From Eledone cirrhosa (lineage: Eukaryota), in NCBI GenBank assembly GCA_964016885.1, contig OZ024744.1, positions 41,788,001-41,852,000 on the forward strand: 64,000 nt of DNA, read 5' to 3'. Positions 41,401 to 52,447 of the stretch are shown here, one piece after another; the stretch's first letter is position 1, and every line of letters starts with the position of its first letter. The notes below the pieces were generated by a model that had not been told where the DNA came from, did no database searches, and saw nothing but the letters and a program-made list of their open reading frames with translations. Both the position numbers and the translations under genes were made by a program.

Positions 41401-44400
41401 ATGGGGACTGTTGATGTCTCAATATGTATGTAGGTATGCGAACTGTTGGTGTCTGAATGTGTGTGTGTAGGTATGGGGACTGTTGGTGTCTGAATGATAT
41501 GTGTGTAGGTATGGGGACAGTTGGTGTCTGAATGATATGTATGTAGATATGGGGTCTGTTGGTGTCTGAATGATATGTATATAGGTATAGGTGCTGTTGG
41601 TGTCTGAATTATATGTGTCTAGGTATGGGGACTGTTGGTGTCTGAATTATATGTGTGTTGGTTTGGGGACTGTTGGTGTCTGAATGCTATGTGTGTAGGT
41701 ATGGGGACTGTTGATGTCTCAATATGTGTGTAGGTATGAGGACTGTTGATGGCTGCATATGTATGAAGGTATGGGGACTGTTGGTGTCTGAATGATATGT
41801 GTGTAGGTATGGGGACAGTTGATATCTCAATATGTATGTTGGTATGGGGACTGTTGGTGTCTCAATATGTATGTAGGTATGGGGACTGTTGGTGTCTCAA
41901 TATGTATGGAGGTATGTGGACTGTTGATTTCTCAATATGTATGTAGGTATGGGGACTGTTGGTGTCTGAATAATATGTATGTAGATATGGGGACTGTTGG
42001 TGTCTGAATTATATGTATGTAGGTATAGGGGCTATTGGTGTCTGAATTATATGTTTATACTTATGGGGACTGTTGGTGTCTGAATATGTGTGTGTAGGTA
42101 TGGGGACTGTTGGTCTCTGAATGATATGTGTGTAGGTATGGGGACTCTTGGTTTCTCAATATGTATGTGGGTATGGGGTCTGTTGGTGTCTGAATGATAT
42201 GTGTGTAGGTATGGGGACAGTTGGTGTCTGAATGATATGTATGTAGGTATAGGGGCTGTTGGTGTCTGAATTATATGTGTCTAGGTATGGGGACTGTTGG
42301 TGTCATAATGATATGTGTGTAGTTATGATATGTATATAGGTCTGTTGGTGTCTGAATGATATGTATATAGGTATAGGGGCTGTAGGTGTCAGAATGATAT
42401 GTGTGTTGGTATGGGAACTGTTGGTGTCTGAATGCTATGTGTGTAGGTATGGGGATTGTTGGTGTCTCAATATTTTTGTAGGTATGGGGACTGTTGATGT
42501 CTCAATATGTGTCTGAATTATATGTGTCTACGTATGGGGACTGTTTGTGTCTCAATATGTGTGTGTAGGTATGGAGACAGTTCATGTCTGAATGATATGT
42601 ATGTAGATATGGGGTCTGTTTGTGTCTGAATGATATGTGTGTAGGTATGGGGACAGTTGGTGTCTGAATGATATGTGTGTAGGTATGGGGACTGTTGGTG
42701 TCTGAATGATATGTATGTAGATATGGGGGCTGTAGGTGTCAGAATGATATGTGTGTTGGTATGGGGACTGTTGGTGTCTGAATGCTATGTGTGTAGGTAT
42801 GGGGACTGTTGGTGTCTCAATATTTTTGTAGGTATGGGGACTGTTGATGTCTCAATATGTGTGTAGGTATGAGGACTGTTGATGGCTGCATATGTATGAA
42901 GGTATGGGGACTGTTGGTGTCTGAATGATATGTGTGTAGGTATGGGGACAGTTGATATCTCAATATGTATGTTGGTATGGGGACTGTTGATGTCTCAATA
43001 TGTGTGTAGGTTTGGGGACTGTTGGTGTCTCAATATGTATGGAGGTATGTGGACTGTTGATTTCTCAATATGTATGTAGGTATGGGGACTGTTGGTGTCT
43101 GAATAATATGTATGTAGATATGGGGACTGTTGGTGTCTGAATGATATGTGTGTAGGTATGGGGACTGTAGGTGTCTGAAAGATATGTGTGTAGGTATGGG
43201 GACTGATGGTGTCTCAATATGTATGTAGGTATGGGGACTCTTGGTGTCTCAATATGTATGTAGGTATGGGGACTGTTGATGTCTCAATATGTATGTAGGT
43301 ATGGGGACTGTTGATGTCACAATATGTATGTAGGTATGGGGACTGTTGGTGTCTCAATATGTGTGTAGGTATGGGAACTGTTGATGTCTCAACATGTATG
43401 TAGGTATGGGGACTGTTGATGTCACAATATGTGTGTAGGTATGGGAACTGTTGCTGTCTCAATATGTATGTAGGTATGGGGACTGTTGATGTCTCAATAT
43501 GTATGTAGGTATGGGAACTGTTGGTGTCTGAATGTGTGTGTGTAGGTATGGGGACTGTTGGTGTCTGAATGATATGTATGTAGGTATAGGGTCTATTGGT
43601 GTCTGAATTATATGTGTATACTTATGGGGACTGTTGGTGTCTGAATATGTGTGTGTAGGTATGGGGACTGTTGGTGTCTGAATGATATGTATGTAGATAT
43701 GGGGACTGTTGGTGTCTGAATGATATGTGTGTAGGTATGGGGACTGTAGGTGTCTGAAAGATATGTATGTCGATATAGTGTCTGTTGGTGTCTGAATGAT
43801 ATGTGTGTAGGTATGGGGACAGTTGATATCTCAATATGTATGTTGGTATGGGGACTGTTGATGTCTCAATATGTGTGTAGGTTTGGGGACTGTTGGTGTC
43901 TCAATATGTATGGAGGTATGTGGACTGTTGATTTCTCAATATGTATGTAGGTATGGGGACTGTTGGTGTCTGAATAATATGTATGTAGATATGGGGACTG
44001 TTGGTGTCTGAATGATATGTGTGTAGGTATGGGGACTGTAGGTGTCTGAAAGATATGTGTGTAGGTATGGGGACTGATGGTGTCTCAATATGTATGTAGG
44101 TATGGGGACTCTTGGTGTCTCAATATGTATGTAGGTATGGGGACTGTTGATGTCTCAATATGTATGTAGGTATGGGGACTGTTGATGTCACAATATGTAT
44201 GTAGGTATGGGGACTGTTGGTGTCTCTATATGTGTGTAGGTATGGGAACTGTTGATGTCTCAATATGTATGTAGGTATGGGGACTGTTGATGTCACAATA
44301 TGTGTGTAGGTATGGGAACTGTTGCTGTCTCAATATGTATGTAGGTATGGGGACTGTTGATGTCTCAATATGTATGTAGGTATGGGAACTGTTGGTGTCT

Positions 44401-47400
44401 GAATGTGTGTGTGTAGGTATGGGGACTGTTGGTGTCTGAATGATATGTATGTAGATATGGGGACTGTTGGTGTCTGAATGATATGTATGTAGGTATAGGG
44501 GCTATTGGTGTCTGAATTATATGTGTATACTTATGGGGACTGTTGGTGTCTGAATATGTGTGTGTAGGTATGGGGACTGTTGGTGTCTGAATGATATGTA
44601 TGTAGATATGGGGACTGTTGGTGTCTGAATGATATGTGTGTAGGTATGGGGACTCTTGGTTTCATAATATATATGTGGGTATGGGGTCTGTTGGTGTCTG
44701 AATGATATGTGTGTAGGTATGGGGACAGTTGGTGTCTGAATGATATGTATATAGGTATAGGAGCTGTTGGTGTCTGAATTATATGTGTCTAGGTATGGGG
44801 ACTGTTGGTGTCCGAATGATATATGTGTAGGTATGGGGACTGTTGGTGTCTGAATGATATGTATGTAGGTATAGGGGCTGTTGGTGTCTGAATTATATGT
44901 GTCTAGGTATGGGAACTGTTGGTGTCCGAATGATATGCGTGTAGGTATGGGGACTGTTGCTGTCTGAATGATATGTGTGTAGGTATGGGGACTGTTGGTG
45001 TCTGAATGATATGTATGTAGATATGACGTCTGTTGGTGTCTGAATGATATGTATATAGGTATAGGGGCTGTTGGTGTCTGAATTATATGTGTCTAGGTAT
45101 GGGGACTGTTGGTGTCCGAATGATATGTGTGTAGGTATGGGGACTGTTGGTGTCTGAATGATATGTGTGTAGGTATGGGGACTGTTGGTCTCTGAATGAT
45201 ATGTGTGTTGGTATGGGCACTGTTGGTGTCTGAATGATATGTGTGTAGGTATGGGGACTGTAGGTGTCTGAACGATATGTGTGTAGGTATGGGGACTGTT
45301 GGTGTCTGAATGATATGTGTGTAGGTATGGGGACTTTTGGTTTCTGAATGATATGTGTGTTAGTATGGGGAATGTTGGTGTCTGAATGATATGTGTGTTG
45401 GTATGGGGACTGTTGGTGTCTGAATTATATGTGTGTTGGTATGGGGACTGTTGGTGTCTGAATGATATGTGTGTAGGTATGGGGACTTTTGGTGTCTGAA
45501 TGATATGTGTCTAGGTATGGGGACTGTTAGTGTCTGAATGATATGTATGTAGGTATGGGGACTGTAGGTGTCTGAATGATATGTGTAGTAGGTATGGGGA
45601 CTGTTGTTGTCTGAATGATATGTATATAGGTATAGGGGGTGTTGGTGTCTGAATGATATGTGTGTAGGTATGGGTACTGTTGGTGTCTGAATGATATGTA
45701 TGTAGGTATGGGGACTGTTGATGTCTGAATTCTATTTGTCTAGGTATGGGGACTGTTGTTGTCTGAATATGTATGTGTTGGTATAGGGACTGTTGGTGTC
45801 TGAATTATATGTATGTAGGTATGGGGACTGTTGGTGTCTCAATATGTGTGTATGTATGGGGACTGTTGGTGTCTCAATATGTATGTAGGTATGGGAACTG
45901 TTGGTGTTTCAATATGTATGTAGGTATGGGGACTGTTGATTTCTCTATATGTATGTAGGTATGGGTACTGTTGGTGTCTGAATATGTGTGTGTAGGTATG
46001 GGGACTGTTGGTGTCTGAATTATATGTGTCTAGGTATGGGGACAGTTGGTGTCTGAAAGATATGTATGTAGATATGGGGTCTGTTGGTGTCTGAATGATA
46101 TGTATATAGGTATAGGGGCTGTTGGTGTCTGAATTATATGTGTCTAGGTATGGGGACTGTTGGTTTCTGAATGATATGTATGTAAGTATGGTGACTGTTG
46201 ATGTCTGAATTCTATGTGTCTAGGTATGGGGACTGTTGGTGTCCGAATGATATGTGTGTAGGTATGGGGACTGTTGGTGTCTGAATGATATGTGTGTTGG
46301 TATGGGGACTGTTGGTGTCCGAATGATATGTATGTAGGTATGGGGACTGTTGGTGTCTCAATATGTATGTAGGTATGGGTACTGTTGGTGTCTGAATGAT
46401 ATGTGTGTAGGTATGGGGACTCTTGGTTTCTCAATATGTATGTAGGTATGGGTACTGTTGGTGTCTGAATGATATGTGTGTAGGTATGGGGACAGTTGGT
46501 GTCTGAATGATACGTATGTAGATATGGGGTCTGTTGGTGTCTGAATGATATGTATATAGGTATAGGGGCTGTTGGTGTCTGAATTATATGTGTCTAGGTA
46601 TGGGGACTGTTGGTGTCCGAATGATATGTGTGTAGGTATGGGGACTGTTGGTGTCCGAATGATATGTGTGTAAGTATGGGGACTGTTGGTGTCCGAATGA
46701 TATGTGTGTAGGTATGGGGACTGTTGGTGTCTGAATGATATGTATGTAGGTATAGGGACTTTTGGTGTCTGAATTATATGTGTCTAGGTATGGGAACTGT
46801 TGGTGTCCGAATGATACGTGTGTAGGTATGGGGACTGTTGGTGTCTGAATGATATGTGTGTAGGTATGGGGACTGTTGGTGTCTGATTGATATGTGTGTT
46901 GGTATGGGGACTGTTGGTGTCTGAATGATATGTGTCTAGGTATGGGGACTGTAGGTGTCTGAATGATATGTGTGTTGGTATGGGCACTGTTGGTGTCTGA
47001 ATGATATGTGTCTAGGTAAGGGGACTGTTGGTGTCTGAATGATATGTGTCTAGGTATGGGGACTGTTGGTGTCTGAATATGTGTGTGTTGGTATGGGGAC
47101 TGTTGGTGTCTGAATGATATGTGTGTAGGTATGGGGACTGTTGGTGTCTGAATGATATGTATGTAGGTATTGGGACTGTTGGTGTCTAAATGATATGTAT
47201 GTAGGTATGGGGACTGTTGGTGTCTCAATATGTATGTAGGTATGAGGACTGTTGGTGTCTGAATCCTAAGTGTGTAGGTATGGGGACTGTTGGTGTCTCA
47301 ATATGTATGTAGGTATGGGGACTGTTGATGTCTGAATATGTGTGTGTAGGCATGGGGACTGTTGGTGTCTGAAAGATATGTATGTCGATATAGTGTCTGT

Positions 47401-50057
47401 TGGTGTCTGAATGATATGTATATAGGTATAGGGGCTGTTGGTATCTGAATTATATGTGTGTTGGTATGGGGACTGTTGGTGTCTTTAATGATATGTATGT
47501 AGATATGGGGACTGTTGGTTTCTGAATTATATGTATGTAGGTATAGGGGCTATTGGTGTGTGAATTATATGTGTCTACGTATGGGGACTGTTGGTGTCTG
47601 AATATGTGTGTGTAGGTATGGGGACTGTTGGTGTCTGAATGATATGTGTGTAGGTATGGGGACTCTTGGTTTCTCAATATGTATGTGGGTATGGAGACAG
47701 TTGGTGTCTGAATGATATGTATGTAGATATGGGGTCTGTTGGTGTCTGAATGATATGTATATAGGTATAGGGGCTGTTGGTGTCTGAATTATATGTGTCT
47801 AGGTATGGGGACTGTGGGTGTCCGAATAATATGTGTCTAAGTATGGGGACTGTTGGTGTCCGAATGATATGTGTGTAGGTATGGGGACTGTTGGTGTCTG
47901 AATGATATGTGTGTTGGTATGGGGTCTGTTGGTGTCCGAATGATATGTATGTAGGTATGGGGACTGTTGGTGTCTCAATATGTGTTTAGGTATGGTGACT
48001 GTTGGTGTCTGAATATGTATGTATGTATGGGCACTGTTGATGTCTGAATTCTATGTGTCTAAGTATGGGGACTGTTGGTGTCCGAATGATATGTGTGTAG
48101 GTATGGGGACTGTTGGTGTCTGAATGATATGTGTGTTGGTATGGGGTCTGTTGGTGTCCGAATGATATGTATGTAGGTATGGGGACTGTTGGTGTCTCAA
48201 TATGTGTTTAGGTATGGTGACTGTTGGTGTCTGAATATGTATGTATGTATGGGCACTGTTGGTGTCTGAATGTGTGTGTGTAGGTATGGGGACTGTTGGT
48301 GTCTGAATGTGTGTGTGTAGGTATGGGGACTGTTGGTGTCTGAATGATATGTATGTAGATATGGGGACTGTTGGTGTCTTAATGATATATGTCTAGGTAT
48401 GGGGACTGTTGGTGTCTGAATGATATGTATGTAGGTATGGGGACTGTTGGTGTCTCAATATGTATGTCGATATGGGGACTGTTGGTGTCTCAATATGTAT
48501 GTAGGTATGGGGACTGTTGATTTCTCAATATCTATGTAGGTATGGGGACTGTTGGTGTCTGAATTATATGTGTGTAGGTATGGGGACAGTTGGTGTCTGA
48601 ATGATATGTATGTAGATATGGGGTCTGTTGGTGTCTGAATGATATGTATATAGGTATAGGGGCTGTTGGTGTCTGAATTATATGTGTCTACGTATGGGGA
48701 CTGTTGGTGTCTGAATATGTGTGTGTAGGTATGGGGACTGTTGGTGTCTGAATGATATGTGTGTAGGTATAGGGACAGTTGGTGTCTGAATGATATGTAT
48801 GTATATATGGGGTCTGTTGGTGTCTGAATGATATGTATATAGGTATAGGGGCTGTTGGTGTCTGAATTATATGTGTCTAGGTATGGGGACTGTTGGTGTC
48901 CGAATGATATGTGTGTAGGTATGGGGACTGTTGGTGTCCGAATGATATGTGTGTAAGTATGGGGACTGTTGGTGTCCGAATGATATGTGTCTAGGTATGG
49001 GGACTGTTGGTGTCTGAATGATATGTATGTAGGTATAGGGGCTGTTGGTGTCTGAATTATATGTGTCTAGGTATGGGGACTGTTGGTGTCCGAATGATAT
49101 GTGTGTAGGTATGGGGACTGTTGGTGTCTGATTGATATGTGTGTTGGTATGGGGACTGTTGGTGTCTGAATGATATGTGTCTAGGTATGGGGACTGTTGG
49201 TGTCTGAATGATATGTGTCTAGGTATGGGGACTGTAGGTGTCTGAATGATATGTGTGTTGGTATGGGCACTGTTGGTGTCTGAATGATATGTGTCTAGGT
49301 AAGGGGACTGTTGGTGTCTGAATGATATGTGTCTAGGTATGGGGACTGTTGGTGTCTGAATATGTGTGTGTTGGTATGGGGACTGTTGGTGTCTGAATGA
49401 TATGTGTGTAGGTATGGGGACTGTTGGTGTCTGAATGATATGTATGTAGGTATGGGGACTGTTGGTGTCTGAATGATATGTATGTAGGTATGGGGACTGT
49501 TGGTGTCTCAATATGTATGTAGGTATGAGGACTGTTGGTGTCTGAATCCTAAGTGTGTAGGTATGGGGACTGTTGGTGTCTCAATATGTATGTAGGTATG
49601 GGGACTGTTGATGTCTGAATACGTGTGTGTAGATATGGGGACTGTTTGTGTCTGAATTATATGTGTCTAGGTATGGAGACTGTTGGCGTCTGAATGATAT
49701 GTGTGTTGGTATAGGGACTGTTGGTGTCTGTATGATATGTATGTAGGTATGGGGACTGTTGTTGTCTGAATGATGTGTATGTAGGTATGGGGACTGTTTG
49801 TGTCTCAATATGTGTCTAGGTATGGTGACTGTTGGTGTCTGAATATGTATGTAGGTATGGGGACTGTTGTTGTCTCAATATGTGTCTAGGTATGGGGACT
49901 GTTGGTGTCCGAATGATATGTGTGTAGGTATAGGGACTGTTGGTGTCTGAATGATATGTGTCTAGGTATGGGGACTGTTGGTGTCTGAATGATATGTATG
50001 TAGGTATGGAGACTGTTGGTGTCTGAATATGTGTGTAGTTATGGGGACTGTTGGTGT
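20402..50057. repeat. About 29.7 kb tandem satellite/minisatellite array, roughly 800 units of 35/37/38 bp
   Basis: Core GGTATGGGGACTGTTGGTGTCT followed by GAATGATATGTRTGTA (38 bp), CAATATGTRTGTA (35 bp) or GAATATGTGTGTGTA (37 bp); head-to-tail in one orientation. Confidence 0.98.
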
Positions 50058-50870
50058 TGTCAAATCTCTCTGTGTGGTGGCTCTGTGTGTTTTAATGTAT
50101 TTCATTATTTCTCTATATTTTTTGTTCCATGTAGTTTTTATGTTTGTTTCTTTGCCTTTTGGTTGATTTTGTTGTTGTTGTGAGTGTGGGTTTGGTTATA
50201 TTTCTGTTGATGGTGGCTGTGGTGTTGTTTATGGTGTCTGTGGCAATGGTGCTGATGTATTGTTTCTTGTGATTTATTTCTCTCTCCACTGTTTGTGTGT
50301 ATGAGGTTTTTTTCATTGTTTTGCTTTTCTTTTTTTCTTTTTTTTTCTTATTCTCTTTACTGTTTTCCACTCCTTCTCCTTGTCAGACTCACCATATGTC
50401 ATGTCTGACCTTTCAGAATTGCATGAGTGGCACAAGCTTTTCAAATTGATTGGAGACTGGGGGTAATCCTTTGCTCCTGTGGTGAGCATTGATGTTACTG
50501 TAGCTGTTGTTGTTGGTGATGTTGTTGAATTTGTTAATGTTGATGATGTCACTGTTACAGGCTCGGCTTTGGTGGTTGCTGTTGGTGGGTTCTTTGGTGT
50601 GGGAGAAGAGAGGCTCTCTTCTCTTTCCCCTTCAGTGTTGGACAGAAGGCTCTTAAATGTGTTGTTGAAAGTTGTTGAAAGTATGCAGATGTCCAATGCA
50701 GGTCAACCTTCTGACGGATCACTGTCTGATCGGCTTCTGTTCTGACACACAGCCAAACAATAGCACATGCATCAATTCAGTGCCCTCCTCATCAACCAGC
50801 CTGCTATCCTGCCACCTTAATGCAGGTCAGTTCCCTTGACACATCACTTTTAATGACATAATCAGTAGGA
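50058..50870 (-). mobile_element. Tx1/L1-clade LINE ORF1 remnant (zinc knuckle plus low-complexity tail)
   Basis: Removing a 10-bp duplication (CTTTCAACAA x2) gives EG*PALDICILSTTHLRAFCP, a knuckle remnant. This is followed by a T/P-rich tract and EWKTVKRIRKKKKK, on the same strand as the ORF2 remnant at 19270-20210. Confidence 0.55.
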
Positions 50871-51688
50871 GCCTCTACACTGCTATCTTCCCATCACTAC
50901 TGAAGCCAGCTGGCCTTAACCATGGTGATGGCAAGCACCCTGACAAATTACCCTTTTCCCATTCGAAGGAAGTAAGTCCCTAATCAGGGATATAATATGT
51001 TCTAACTCGTTTTCTGCGTCCAGTTTTTTAGCATTCGGCCCCAAATCCTGTTATTGTCATTTGCAATGCATAAAAGAAGATAACTAAATACCAGGGTTTG
51101 ACTGGCCACTTCCTTGGTCACCATACTGCCAATTCCCTTTGCAAAATTAGAAAGATAGCAGCCTGCCTGAAGAAAGGGCCCCATGAGATAGGGTAGCTGT
51201 TGCAGCAAGAGTCTGGCCATTCCCTGTGCCAATGCCTTCGACATTTTTTACTACAGTGCCCTGCAGAAATATGTTGCTTGGCTGGGTGTGTAGTTTGTCA
51301 TTTCATCCCTACTTTCCCTTTCTTATGTTGCTTAATTTCTCTTTTTCCTTTTATTATTTCAAACAAAACCTGGTTTATCAACTGATAGTTATGAAAGAAT
51401 TATAAGTGAAGTCTAAAATGAGGTTCTTTCTTTTTTCTGTCTTTTATTTTTATTTGATTTTGTTGCTTTATTGGTTTGTTTTATGTTTTGTCTGAAGGGT
51501 CAAAGATACTTGTCAACTATGTATGTGTGTGTCACTCCATTTCTCTGTATGTCTGTATGTATGTATACGTATATATATAGTTTGGTTGACAATTATACTA
51601 ATGTGCACAAACACACAGATATATTGTCCTTGGTATGACAGTGTGGTTTTAGCTCAATGTAGGATAACTAGTATACTACAGAGCCGCT

Positions 51689-52428
51689 ATAAGTTTAGGA
51701 ATAACCAAAGAGTACTTAGAAATACAATATTTTATTTACTAACAGTGTTTCATCCATACACTAGGACAAGAATCATCAGAGCCTATAAACAAAAGTATAT
51801 CAAAGGTTGCAGGCTCCATCAAGCCTAGTCACCAGAACAAGGAGGACAAGTAGGGGGGGGGGGGCACACACAATACATGATACATATAATAAAATAAAAA
51901 ATTACATCAAAGGTTTATCACATAAATGGTGCAATAGATCATAAGGAGGTTGAGAGAGGAGAGCAAGAAATGAATGTCGGTGTTACTCAGCATAATAAAA
52001 AAACAAACCGAGCATAGATGCATCAATTCACAAGCAGTGTTTACAAGCTTTCATACTCTGCCTGTAAATCATGTACTTGCACTGCTTGTGAATTGATCTA
52101 TCTATGCTTGGTTTATATTTTGATCCTGCTGAGTAACATCCTCATTCGTTTCTTGCTCTCCTCTCTCAACCTCCTTATGATCTATTGCACCATTTATGTG
52201 ATAAACTTTTGAGGTAATTTTTTATTTCATTATATGTATCATGTATTGTGTGCCCCCCCCCCCTACTTGTCCTTTCTTGTTCTGGTGACTAGGCTTGATG
52301 GAGCCTGCAACCTTTGATATACTTTTGTTTATAGGCTCTGATGATTCCTGCCCTAGGGTATGGATGAAACACTGTTAGCAAATAAAACAATGTATTTCTA
52401 AGCACTCTTTAGTTATTCCTAAATTTAT
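51689..52428. repeat. About 740 bp near-perfect inverted repeat (arms about 350 bp), probably inverted Penelope-like terminal repeats
   Basis: 51689-52039 is the reverse complement of 52080-52428 with scattered mismatches, including G-run/C-run and GGTTGCAGGCTCCATCAAGCCTAGTCACCAGAAC / GTTCTGGTGACTAGGCTTGATGGAGCCTGCAACC. Confidence 0.9.
52328..52386 (+). ncRNA. Putative minimal type I hammerhead ribozyme motif (mirror copy at about 51732-51790, minus strand)
   Basis: GCT-CTGATGA-(TCC.TGCCC/GGGTA.GGA stem II)-GAAAC-ACT-GTT-AGC; the GUU triplet and U.U stem II closure are non-optimal. Confidence 0.5.
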
Positions 52429-52447
52429 TACGTATATATATATATAA

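Noticed and set aside
42301-42520. Truncated or fused monomers inside the array as a possible insertion
   Set aside because: Made only of repeat-derived sequence; local deletions or consensus errors.
20416-49808. Dozens of His/Thr/Pro-rich ORFs (RHQQSPYLHTYHSDTNSPHT...) up to 289 aa
   Set aside because: They are translations of the satellite. Unit lengths are not multiples of 3, so frames cycle; most starts are TTG codons within the repeat; there is no splice or coding signal.
20402-50057. CRISPR-like array (35-38 bp periodicity)
   Set aside because: There are no unique spacers, the units are contiguous, no cas genes are present, and the context is eukaryotic.
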